From Desulfocapsa sulfexigens DSM 10523 (GTDB lineage: Bacteria; Desulfobacterota; Desulfobulbia; Desulfobulbales; Desulfocapsaceae), in assembly GCF_000341395.1 (NCBI RefSeq), contig NC_020304.1:3900001-3932000 (forward strand): a stretch of DNA of 32,000 nt. The letters are read 5' to 3'. Position numbers and translations under genes: made by a program. Of the stretch, positions 9,736-18,402 are shown in pieces; position 1 is the stretch's first letter, and the number at the start of each line of letters is the position of its first letter. Under the pieces are notes generated by a model. That model was given only the letters and a program-made list of their open reading frames with translations. It searched no databases and had not been told where the DNA came from.

Positions 9736-10287
9736 ATGGACAACAGACAACGACTAAAAGAAATCCTTCTTGAGAAATCATACAGAAAGGGCGAATTCAC
9801 TCTCACATCCGGTAAAACATCTGATTTTTATATCGATGTCAAACAAACATCTCTCTCAGCTGAAGGAAGCTATCTCTGCGGCAAACTCATTTTGGAGCTT
9901 ATGCTGAAAAACGACAAGCCCATTCAGGCAGTTGGAGGAATGACACTGGGTGCTGACCCTCTTGTCTCTGCAGTATCCGTTGTCAGCCACCTTGAAGGCC
10001 ATCCGGTACCAGCTTTTATCGTTCGCAAGGAAGCAAAAGGCCATGGCACCGGAAACTATATCGAAGGACTCAGTAACATGCCTGATGGATGCACAGTGAC
10101 CCTGCTTGAAGATGTGGTCACCACAGGTGGTACCCTGGTTCAGGTAATAAAACGAGTTGAAGATGCAGGGTTTACCGTGGGACAGGTTATTACGGTTGTT
10201 GAACGTCAGGAAGGCGGTGTGGACGTTCTTGCCGATGCCGGATACAAACTTGAGGCACTCTTTACCCGCGAACAACTCCTGAGTTGA
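9736..10287 (+). CDS. pyrE: orotate phosphoribosyltransferase
   Basis: FTLTSGKTSDFYID and the PRPP-binding loop VTLLEDVVTTGGT. Confidence 0.9.
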   Translation: MDNRQRLKEILLEKSYRKGEFTLTSGKTSDFYIDVKQTSLSAEGSYLCGKLILELMLKNDKPIQAVGGMTLGADPLVSAVSVVSHLEGHPVPAFIVRKEAKGHGTGNYIEGLSNMPDGCTVTLLEDVVTTGGTLVQVIKRVEDAGFTVGQVITVVERQEGGVDVLADAGYKLEALFTREQLLS

Positions 10288-10290
10288 GCC

Positions 10291-10461
10291 ATGAGATGCC
10301 GGAAATGCTCAGAAAAGCTGGAAGTACTTCGTCAATGTCGCCGTATTCGTTTACGTTGCACTGGCTGCAAACATGAGTACCGTATTCACGAGGTAGCCAG
10401 TGACCTGGATCCTGAAACAGAAAAAATCCTGGAACGTTACACTGTTCTTATCTACGATTAA
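10291..10461 (+). CDS. 56-aa dual-CXXC (zinc-ribbon-like) miniprotein, below the ORF-track size cutoff
   Basis: My translation is MRCRKCSEKLEVLRQCRRIRLRCTGCKHEYRIHEVASDLDPETEKILERYTVLIYD*. It has two CxxC pairs (C3/C6 and C23/C26), and its ATG lies 3 nt after the pyrE stop. Confidence 0.55.
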   Translation: MRCRKCSEKLEVLRQCRRIRLRCTGCKHEYRIHEVASDLDPETEKILERYTVLIYD

Positions 10462-10667
10462 TTAGTATCATTGTTGACTTCTTAACTTTAGCAATGGCTG
10501 TTTTCACACGTTCAGGCGTACCAGAAGAAGACAAAGATAAGAAATTAGGTAATTATACCTATGGTAAAAATCTTAGAAGATGCTAAAATAATATTAGTAT
10601 TCAGGGAAAAAATCCCTGATCGAGAAAGTAAATAGTATTTCCTGCCCTGTAAGTGAGGTAGCCGGTA

Positions 10668-11162
10668 ATGTTGAGTGACCAGCAATATGGTATGAAGGTT
10701 CAGAAATCATTTGTAAAAACGAATGATACCGCCTCCATCCGCTGCCCTGAATGCGCTCTTGTGAAAAACATTGCCGTAGGTAAGTTTCGCAGTAACAGAC
10801 ACACCCTTAAAACCCGGTGTAGCTGTGGAAACACTTTTCTGGTGGCCCTTGATTTCAGGAAACATTACCGAAAACCTACAAACATAATGGGTATGTACTC
10901 TCTCATAGGCTCTTCTTCCCGTGGTGGCGGCCAGATGCAGGTTAATAACATCTCCCGCAGCGGCCTTGCATTTTCCATCTCGGGACACCACTCCATAAAG
11001 ATTGGTCAGCAAGCGCTCCTTAATTTCAAACTGGACGACAAGAAACAGACCGAACTTACAAAAAAAGTAATCGTTAAAAATATCCGGGACAATAATATCG
11101 GATGTGAATTCCTGAATCAGAGCCAGATTGGTAAAGACCTGGGGTTTTATCTTCAGCCCTAA
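10668..11162 (+). CDS. PilZ-domain protein with N-terminal Cys4 zinc-ribbon-like segment
   Basis: The c-di-GMP-binding motifs RxxxR (RKHYR) and (D/N)xSxxG (NISRSG) occur in the correct order and spacing. The N-terminus reads CPEC...CSCG. A GAGG Shine-Dalgarno sequence lies upstream. Confidence 0.75.
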   Translation: MLSDQQYGMKVQKSFVKTNDTASIRCPECALVKNIAVGKFRSNRHTLKTRCSCGNTFLVALDFRKHYRKPTNIMGMYSLIGSSSRGGGQMQVNNISRSGLAFSISGHHSIKIGQQALLNFKLDDKKQTELTKKVIVKNIRDNNIGCEFLNQSQIGKDLGFYLQP

Positions 11163-11187
11163 AAACTTTTATTTTTCTAATAGAATA

Positions 11188-12825
11188 TCAGTCTTGCAGG
11201 ATCTTCCCCATCATCCCCTGGGCCTTCTCTAAAAATGGCGTCAGGGTTTCAATCTGTAGGGCACTGACAACAACTCCTTCTCTTGCCACATCTGCCAGTA
11301 ACATTTCATCGTTTTCAACCTGATCAGCTTTATTGAAAAGTTTCAAACAGGGAATGGTATTCAAATCAAGTTCCTGTAGTAAATCATCCACCACCTTCAT
11401 CTGCTCACGGAAGCAGGGGTTGGACAGATCAATTACATGGACGAGCAGATCAGCTTCCTCAAGTTCCTCAAGGGTTGCTTTAAAGGCCTGAAGGAGTTCA
11501 GCCGGGAGCTGTCGAATAAAACCAACGGTATCAGTGATAACAACTTCCATATCTCGCGGAAAACGTAGACGACGGCTGGTGGGGTCGAGCGTTGCAAAAA
11601 GCTTATCTTCAGCCACAATATTACTCTGGGTCAAGGTATTGAGCAGTGTGGATTTTCCGGCATTTGTATAGCCAACCAGAGAGAGCACCGGCAAATCCTT
11701 CTTCCTGCGTCTTGAGCGGCGCCGATAGCGCTCCCTGCTCACCGTCTTGAGTTCTTTGGCAAGTCTTGCCAGTCGATCATTAATGCGCCGCCTATCAATC
11801 TCAAGTTTTGTTTCACCGGGCCCTCTGGCTCCAATCCCGCCGGTCAAGCGAGAAAGTGCATCGTCACGGGAAGAGAGCCTTGGTAGCATATATTTCAACT
11901 GAGCCATCTCCACCTGCAACTTCCCTTCACGGCTCAATGCCCGATGAGCGAAGATATCGAGAATCAGTTGAGTTCTGTCTATGACCCGAAGCTCAGTGTA
12001 ATCGGTAATGGATCGGATCTGGGAGGGATTCAGTTCCTGATCAAAAATAAGAAGATTGGCATTAAGCTGCAATGCCTGGATCATTATATCTGCGAGCTTT
12101 CCCTTACCAAGAATAAAGCGGGGATTTATTTTTCGTCGCTGTTGCAGAACCCGCTCCAGCACAACAACATTGTCGGACCGTGAAAGTTCCGACAATTCAC
12201 GCATGGACTCTTCAGCCCGAATTTTAGACAGGTTGCTCACACTCACTAAAATTGCACGATCCTGCCCACTTTCAACTTCCTCTGATGACGTTTTTCTGGT
12301 GAATTCTCCCTCGAGTGCATGAATAAACTCTTCAAAGGAATCTTTTTGGTTGGCAGGATGAACCGGTGGCAGAAAAGCCCAGTTTTTCCCTTCACGGGAA
12401 TCAGGAAGGAGATGTACTGAATACAATCGTTCGGGCAGACCATCCGACGCCACCTTGATAACAGACAGCATATCAAGGCGGAGAAAGAGAAGATCCATCA
12501 AGTCCTCATCACTGATGTCTTCCCGGGCCAGATGAGTATGAACAAGACGCAGCCCCTTAAGACGGCCCCGGCTGCGGATATGGGAGAGCTGAGGAATCAT
12601 TATTCCTTTAAAATCACCAACAACCACAGCTTCAACTTTTCCGGAACGCTGCAAAAGCAGGCCGATCTGTCTGTTCAGTTCAAAAGACAGTTGACAGAGA
12701 GAGCGTGCCATCTCGGGACCGATTATGTCGTCCCTGCCGCTCCGTTTTCCACCAAGACGCTCCAGCTGTTTGAGCTGGTTTGTTTTCAATCCGGAAGTGT
12801 TCCCGCTGACAAGTGCTATAGCCAA
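11188..12825 (-). CDS. hflX: GTPase HflX (long form with N-terminal extension)
   Basis: G1 GYTNAGKSTLLN, G3 DTVGF and G4 NKAD follow an HflX N-domain (ILDIFAHRA...LQVEMAQLKY). Confidence 0.88.
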   Translation of the reverse strand: MAIALVSGNTSGLKTNQLKQLERLGGKRSGRDDIIGPEMARSLCQLSFELNRQIGLLLQRSGKVEAVVVGDFKGIMIPQLSHIRSRGRLKGLRLVHTHLAREDISDEDLMDLLFLRLDMLSVIKVASDGLPERLYSVHLLPDSREGKNWAFLPPVHPANQKDSFEEFIHALEGEFTRKTSSEEVESGQDRAILVSVSNLSKIRAEESMRELSELSRSDNVVVLERVLQQRRKINPRFILGKGKLADIMIQALQLNANLLIFDQELNPSQIRSITDYTELRVIDRTQLILDIFAHRALSREGKLQVEMAQLKYMLPRLSSRDDALSRLTGGIGARGPGETKLEIDRRRINDRLARLAKELKTVSRERYRRRSRRRKKDLPVLSLVGYTNAGKSTLLNTLTQSNIVAEDKLFATLDPTSRRLRFPRDMEVVITDTVGFIRQLPAELLQAFKATLEELEEADLLVHVIDLSNPCFREQMKVVDDLLQELDLNTIPCLKLFNKADQVENDEMLLADVAREGVVVSALQIETLTPFLEKAQGMMGKILQD

Positions 12826-12922
12826 CCCTCCAGATTATTCATACTTTCAGACAGAAGCTCAGGGAATGCAGTAAAACCGGATCCACAAGGGTACAACTCA
12901 CAGTAAATATTATTCACCCCCG

Positions 12923-14227
12923 TTAACTTTCCAGATACTGATGAATAGCGATGGCAATGGTTTCAAACACTTCACGAAAAACTGCCTCATCACGTTCAAG
13001 CAAAGTAACTCGGAACCCCTGAAGGTCGGTGGCGAAAGAGGTAAGAGGGACAACACAAACGCCCGTTGCACCCAGCAGGTAGTAGACAAACCGTTTATCA
13101 AGGGAGGTTCCCTCCGGACTGACTAGGGACTCCACCATAGCACGAACTTCCTTATTGTCTATTACCAGAGTCTGATCATGGGTCAATGCACCGCTTTCAA
13201 AACAGACACTCATATAAAAAGCACCATTAGGACGATTCACCAGTACACCTTTAACATCCTTTAAACAGTCATGGGCAATATTTGAAAATTTTTCATAGCG
13301 GGCAATGCGCTCTTGTAAATAGCCCTGATACTTTGGATGCTGAACCACCTTGGGGAAGACCACCTGAGGCAGGGTGGTAGAGCAAACCTCCACCATTTTG
13401 GCATTCAAAATGGACTGAATATATTTTGCAAACATGGGGTCTTTATCCCCGTTATATACTTCAATCCAACCGCAACGAGAACCTGGCCAGGGCATTTCCT
13501 TAGAGATACCACGCATGGCAATGGCAGGGACATCCCCAATCACATCAGATAGAGGAGAGGTGGACGTGCCATTATAAACGATATTATGATAAACCTCGTC
13601 ACAGACGATAAAAAGATTATATCTCTTGGCAAGTTCAACAATGGACTCAAGAATATGAGTAGGGTACACTGCTCCAGTGGGATTATCAGGATTGATGATC
13701 AGGATTCCAGCAACTGCTGGATTGTACTTGATCGATTTTTCCAGATCATCCAGATCGGGATACCAGTGATGATTGGGATCGAGAATGTAGGTCAGTGGTT
13801 TATCACCTGCATGGGCGGCTTCTGCGGATGAATGTGTAGTATAACTTGGGGTTGGCACCAGCACCCGAGCGGTTCTTTTCAGAAACCCGAAAATTTTTGA
13901 AATAGCATCCCCCAGACCATTGAAGAAGAGAATGTCATCGGGAGTAATCTGCGCTCCGCCACGTTTATTGGTTTCCGCGGCAATAAATTCACGGGTACTC
14001 AACACACCCCTAGTCGGGCAATAGCCATAGGTCAGATCCTGCATAACGGCGTCAGCAACAATCTCTTTCATCCAGGAAGGTATTTTCTCCCCCTTTGCAA
14101 TAGGGTCGCCTATGTTTTCCCAGTTTGTCGTCAGGCCAAGCTTCTCCAGTTTATTTCCGACATTCACGATATTGCGAATCTCGTAGGTCAGTTCACCTGC
14201 ACCAATATGGACTATATCTGTCCTCAT
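12923..14227 (-). CDS. PLP-dependent class I/II aminotransferase (alanine/aspartate aminotransferase-like)
   Basis: ILIINPDNPTGAVY and the PLP-lysine context GISKEMPWPGSRCGW. I set the start at the ATG at 14227 (MRTDIVHIG...). The track start at 14305 would add a basic leader that runs through a T9 tract. Confidence 0.8.
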   Translation of the reverse strand: MRTDIVHIGAGELTYEIRNIVNVGNKLEKLGLTTNWENIGDPIAKGEKIPSWMKEIVADAVMQDLTYGYCPTRGVLSTREFIAAETNKRGGAQITPDDILFFNGLGDAISKIFGFLKRTARVLVPTPSYTTHSSAEAAHAGDKPLTYILDPNHHWYPDLDDLEKSIKYNPAVAGILIINPDNPTGAVYPTHILESIVELAKRYNLFIVCDEVYHNIVYNGTSTSPLSDVIGDVPAIAMRGISKEMPWPGSRCGWIEVYNGDKDPMFAKYIQSILNAKMVEVCSTTLPQVVFPKVVQHPKYQGYLQERIARYEKFSNIAHDCLKDVKGVLVNRPNGAFYMSVCFESGALTHDQTLVIDNKEVRAMVESLVSPEGTSLDKRFVYYLLGATGVCVVPLTSFATDLQGFRVTLLERDEAVFREVFETIAIAIHQYLES

Positions 14228-14444
14228 TTTACTTACTCCGTTTGTGTATATACTGAAGTTTTTTTTTGGTCTAAGACGCCCCCACAGGAAGTACCCCTGG
14301 GGCACTGAAGAAGAAGAAAAAAAAACGAAAATCCTGCTTTTCCACCCACAGTTTAGTTCACACTTCAGCCTGTCTCAATACCACAGCCATCAGCCATAGT
14401 CAACAGGGGCTGCAAACTGTCATTTTCTTGTCACTTTCCTGTCA

Positions 14445-15797
14445 TCATTCAGAATACTTATGTAACTTATTCTGTAGAGTCTTACGGGTAACTCCAAGCC
14501 TCCTTGCGGCTTCACTTTTATTGCCGTCGGTCTCTTCAAGGGTTCTTAAGATCAAAACCTTTTCCTGTGCCTGAAGAGATGAGTCCTGTCCAACTTCTCT
14601 CTCACTCCTCCTCTCCCGCACCTGTTTCTGAATTGGTACGGGGAGACTTTTTTCAGTAAGGTATTCACCACGCATTAGAATAACCCCGCGCTCAATTGCG
14701 TTTTCAAGCTCCCGCACATTTCCGGGCCAGGAATAGCTGCACAGCAGTTCCATGCACTCCGAGGTGACTCCTGCAACCTCACGCCTGTTCTTTTCTGCAA
14801 ATTTACGGACAAAATGTTCGACCAGCGTGGGGATATCATCTCTTCGTTTGCGAAGCGGTGGAACAGTCACTGTCACCACGTTTAATCTGTAATAAAGGTC
14901 TTCACGGAAATTCCCATTATGAACCTCCTGTTCAAGGTCCCGATTGGTGGCAGCAATAATCCTGGCATCGGTACGAATCGTCTCTTCACCACCAACCCGC
15001 TGCAATTCATGCTCCTGCAACACACGCAACATCTTCACCTGCATGGCCTGGGAAGTTTCGCCAATCTCGTCAAGAAAAAGGGTTCCACCATCCGCCTGGA
15101 CAAACTTCCCTTCACGCTGTTTATCGGCCCCGGTAAATGCTCCTTTTTCATGACCAAAAAGTTCTGACTCAAGCAAACTCTCAGCAAGAGCGGCACAATT
15201 CACCTTTACAAAAGGTTTATCACGCCTCTCACTGTTATTATGCAACTCAGCTGCCACCAGCTCCTTTCCGGTACCAGACTCACCATTGATAAGGACAGTC
15301 GCTTCTGTGGGGGCCACATAGGAGATCATTTCGAGAAGTTCCCGCATTAAGAGAGAACTCCCGAGAATAGAGGAGGAATTTTCCTCAGGAATGCTCTTCT
15401 GCGCCACCTGTTTTCGCTCTTCGACCTGTTTCTTATCCACTGCCCGCTCAAGGGTCAGCCGGAGACGATCAAAATCAAGGGGTTTGGTCATATAATCATA
15501 GGCTCCATGCTTTATGGCTTCGACCGCCGCATCCACAGAAGAATACGCCGTCATGATAATAACGGGCAGAGCCGGATGAGTGGCGTGGATTTTAGCAAAG
15601 GCCTCCATGCCATCCATTCTGGCCATGCGCACATCCATAAGAACTGCGTCATAGGAAAACTTCTGAACGGCATCAACCGCAGTTTTACCATCATCTGCCT
15701 CCACACACTTCCAGCCCCACTCTTTAAACATGGAACAGAGCATGTAGCGATGCACCTGCTCGTCATCGACCACCAGAATGGTTACCTGTTTTGCCAA
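14445..15797 (-). CDS. sigma-54-dependent response regulator (NtrC family: REC + AAA+ + Fis-type HTH)
   Basis: REC domain (ILVVDDE...LMDVRMARMDG...TKP), Walker A GESGTGKE, the GAFTGA motif (HEKGAFTGA) and a C-terminal HTH (SEAARRLGVTRKTLQNKL). No cognate histidine kinase lies adjacent. Confidence 0.9.
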   Translation of the reverse strand: MAKQVTILVVDDEQVHRYMLCSMFKEWGWKCVEADDGKTAVDAVQKFSYDAVLMDVRMARMDGMEAFAKIHATHPALPVIIMTAYSSVDAAVEAIKHGAYDYMTKPLDFDRLRLTLERAVDKKQVEERKQVAQKSIPEENSSSILGSSLLMRELLEMISYVAPTEATVLINGESGTGKELVAAELHNNSERRDKPFVKVNCAALAESLLESELFGHEKGAFTGADKQREGKFVQADGGTLFLDEIGETSQAMQVKMLRVLQEHELQRVGGEETIRTDARIIAATNRDLEQEVHNGNFREDLYYRLNVVTVTVPPLRKRRDDIPTLVEHFVRKFAEKNRREVAGVTSECMELLCSYSWPGNVRELENAIERGVILMRGEYLTEKSLPVPIQKQVRERRSEREVGQDSSLQAQEKVLILRTLEETDGNKSEAARRLGVTRKTLQNKLHKYSE

Positions 15798-15873
15798 AAC
15801 ACCTCTCCCGTACCATCATTTACAATCTTTACCACAACCGTATCCATCAGAGCACATATCAGAGAAAAAAGTT

Positions 15874-16449
15874 TCACGAAGCCATTTGTTTTAAGGCCCA
15901 TGCCATGTTCTGACCAAGCACTTTCATGGTGTTCATACCCTCTTCATCTTTGGCAACCTCTTCTTTCTCGCGCCCCATTCCAATGTTCCAGTAATTTGAG
16001 CCAATCACAATCATCTGTCCGATAAGGAAAAAATGATTCATGGTATCAAAAACATGTATAGCCCCGGCCCGTCTTGCAGCAACCACGGCGGCACCGAGCT
16101 TTCTCTTAAACATATCATCATTGGCACGACTCACCATGCCGCACCTGTCCATCAAGGCCTTCATCTCTGTTGAAACGTCCGCAAAATAGGTTGGAGAGCC
16201 AAGAAGAATGGCATCTGCCCCCTTCATCTTCTCAAGACAATCGTTGATACAGTCCTTTTCAACAGCACAGCGACCATCCTTCTTCTGAAAGCATTGATAA
16301 CAGGCGATACAACCGTTAATCTCAGTTCCTGCAAGCTGCACCAGCTCAGTTTCTATCCCTTCGGCCTCGAGTTCAGCCAAGGCAGTACGTAACAACAATG
16401 CTGTATTTCCATTCTTTCTGGCACTTCCACTAAAGGCGACTACTTTCAT
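15874..16449 (-). CDS. NADPH-dependent FMN reductase / iron-sulfur flavoprotein (Isf-like)
   Basis: MKVVAFSGSARKNGNT is a flavodoxin-like start, and the compact Cys motif CIACYQCFQKKDGRC (CX2CX2CX7C) is typical of Isf proteins. I chose the ATG at 16449, which follows a GGAGG. Confidence 0.7.
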   Translation of the reverse strand: MKVVAFSGSARKNGNTALLLRTALAELEAEGIETELVQLAGTEINGCIACYQCFQKKDGRCAVEKDCINDCLEKMKGADAILLGSPTYFADVSTEMKALMDRCGMVSRANDDMFKRKLGAAVVAARRAGAIHVFDTMNHFFLIGQMIVIGSNYWNIGMGREKEEVAKDEEGMNTMKVLGQNMAWALKQMAS

Positions 16450-16689
16450 AATTCCTCCAATAAACAATACATTTGTCATTTATTCCTGTTTACAACCTCA
16501 CCTTCCTCTTTTATACAGTATCTTGTGCCTTTTTTCCGAAATAATCCATAAAAAATTCCACTCAACGATAAGGTTTATAAAATACACAACAATTTATCTT
16601 TTCCCTTCATTTCTCCATTTTTTTTCGATATCATCAACTCAGTTTTTTTTCATCAATAAAGCATGTTATATTAGTGGTTCAGGAGCTCC

Positions 16690-18402
16690 ATGGCAGGAAA
16701 AAACAGAATAACAAAAATTCCAGCTGATACATTGGTAAATAAAAACAGCAACAGATTTTACCTGATGCTGTCGACGCTTGTCATCAACCTGCTGGCTCTG
16801 GCAATGCCTATTATGATGCTGCAGACCTATGACCGTATCCTTCCAAGTCACGGAATAGGTACCCTGGTGTTACTCATCTCAGGAGTTGCCTGTGCGGTAA
16901 CGCTTGAAGTCGGCCTTCGTCTGGCACGATCATATCTCACCGGCTGGTCCGGGGCAGTTTTTGAACATAAAACTGCTTGCGCCGCCATGTCTCACCTGCT
17001 CAATGCCAATGTTCAGGCATTTGAAAAACAGGGTGCAGGAGCGTACATCCAAAAGATGGCGGCAATCACCAGATTGCGAAGTTTCTACTCCGGCCAGGCA
17101 CTGATGACCATGGTGGACCTTCCCTTTGTTATAACTTTTCTTGTCCTGATTGGCTATATCGGAGGAGATCTGGTTTTTGTACCACTCACTCTGTTTATTC
17201 TTTTCTGCATTATATCCTGGATTGTGGGAATACGCCTCAAACAGGAGGTAAAAGAACAGGACTTCAGCGACAAGATCCGCTACAACTTTCTCATAGAGAC
17301 CCTGACCGGTATTCACTCCATAAAGAGTCAGGGGCTTGAAAAATTCTTTTTCCGCCGTAACGATCGTCTTCAAAATCGTATCTCGGCTGCTCACTTTCAA
17401 GTTGCACTTTCCAATAATATCGCCATGAGCTCGGGAATGCTGTTTGGCCAAATCATGACCGTATCGGTTGTATCTTACGGGGCGATCAAGGTTTTGAACG
17501 GTGACATGGGAACCGGTGGTCTTGCCGCCTGTCTCCTGCTGTCTGGAAGAGTCATGCAACCCGTGCAGAGGGCATTGGGGCTATGGACCAGATTTCAAAG
17601 CTTTTTTATCGACAAAAAAGAACTGGAAGATATTTTTGCCCTCCCAGGATCGTCCTACGGTGACACTGAAACAGTGATGCAGCCCACGGGCCTTGTCAGC
17701 TGTAGAAACCTCAGTTTTTCTTACGGAGAAAAAAGCTCTCTTCTCTTCGACGACATCAACCTCTCGCTGCGAACGGGCCAGTCCATATCTCTTATTGGAG
17801 AGCAGGGTTCGGGCAGAACAACATTTATCAACCTTCTCACCGGCTTGTACAAACCGACAGAGGGGCAAATCACCATCGATGGAGCAAATCCATCACAGGT
17901 TTCTCCTGTACAGCTTGCCTCACATATTGGATATCTCCCGGAAAAAGGAGCTATTTTCCACGGAACGATCATGGAGAATCTTACTTTTTTTGGAACAATA
18001 CCTGAAAAGGACGCCCTGAAAGCTGCCGAGCATCTTGAAGTGAGCGAAGCGGTGGCACTTTTACCGAATGGATATAAAACAGTACTCAGCGATTCCGTAA
18101 CCGACCCCATTCCTCCAGGCCTCAAACAACGAATCTCAATAGCACGCGCTCTCGCCACAAGGCCCCGGATTATTCTGTTCAACAACGCCGACAGAAATCT
18201 TGACCGCTCCGGCTACAACCTGGTCTTCAGGATACTCGGGCGCCTCAAAAAAAACACCGTCCTTATCATCATTTCCGATGATCGCAATATCCTTCGACTG
18301 GCAGACAAGGAATACTACATCGTCAACGGAAAACTAGAGGAGAACGCTCCTGTTGACTCCAAACTCTTCTCGGTTCTGCCATTCAGAGAGTTACGGGCAT
18401 GA
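16690..18402 (+). CDS. T1SS-type ABC permease/ATPase (PrtD-like length, no N-terminal peptidase domain) with a degenerate nucleotide-binding domain
   Basis: A six-TM exporter domain is followed by an NBD. Walker A reads GEQGSGRTT (K to R, 17797-17823), the signature reads PPGLKQR (18112-18132), Walker B reads IILFNNAD (D,E to N,N, 18169-18192), and the H-loop region reads IISDD. An AGGAG Shine-Dalgarno sequence lies 4 nt upstream of the ATG. Confidence 0.85.
   Translation: MAGKNRITKIPADTLVNKNSNRFYLMLSTLVINLLALAMPIMMLQTYDRILPSHGIGTLVLLISGVACAVTLEVGLRLARSYLTGWSGAVFEHKTACAAMSHLLNANVQAFEKQGAGAYIQKMAAITRLRSFYSGQALMTMVDLPFVITFLVLIGYIGGDLVFVPLTLFILFCIISWIVGIRLKQEVKEQDFSDKIRYNFLIETLTGIHSIKSQGLEKFFFRRNDRLQNRISAAHFQVALSNNIAMSSGMLFGQIMTVSVVSYGAIKVLNGDMGTGGLAACLLLSGRVMQPVQRALGLWTRFQSFFIDKKELEDIFALPGSSYGDTETVMQPTGLVSCRNLSFSYGEKSSLLFDDINLSLRTGQSISLIGEQGSGRTTFINLLTGLYKPTEGQITIDGANPSQVSPVQLASHIGYLPEKGAIFHGTIMENLTFFGTIPEKDALKAAEHLEVSEAVALLPNGYKTVLSDSVTDPIPPGLKQRISIARALATRPRIILFNNADRNLDRSGYNLVFRILGRLKKNTVLIIISDDRNILRLADKEYYIVNGKLEENAPVDSKLFSVLPFRELRA

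Noticed and set aside
10494-10586. 30-aa ORF (MAVFTRSGVPEEDKDKKLGNYTYGKNLRRC) in the gap upstream of the PilZ gene
   Set aside because: It has no Shine-Dalgarno sequence and no recognisable motif, and an ORF of this length is expected by chance.
14228-14305. Upstream extension of the aminotransferase (track start at 14305)
   Set aside because: The added 26 aa form a basic, non-conserved-looking leader that crosses a T9 tract. Family members start near MRTDIVHIG-type sequence.
16450-16689. Promoters (sigma-54 GGCAC-N-TG on the minus strand near 16523-16540; sigma-70 boxes) in the AT-rich divergent region between the Isf-like gene and ABC1
   Set aside because: The GG-N10-GC spacing rule is not met (TG in place of GC). 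In such AT-rich sequence many -10-like hexamers occur by chance, so I cannot support a specific call.
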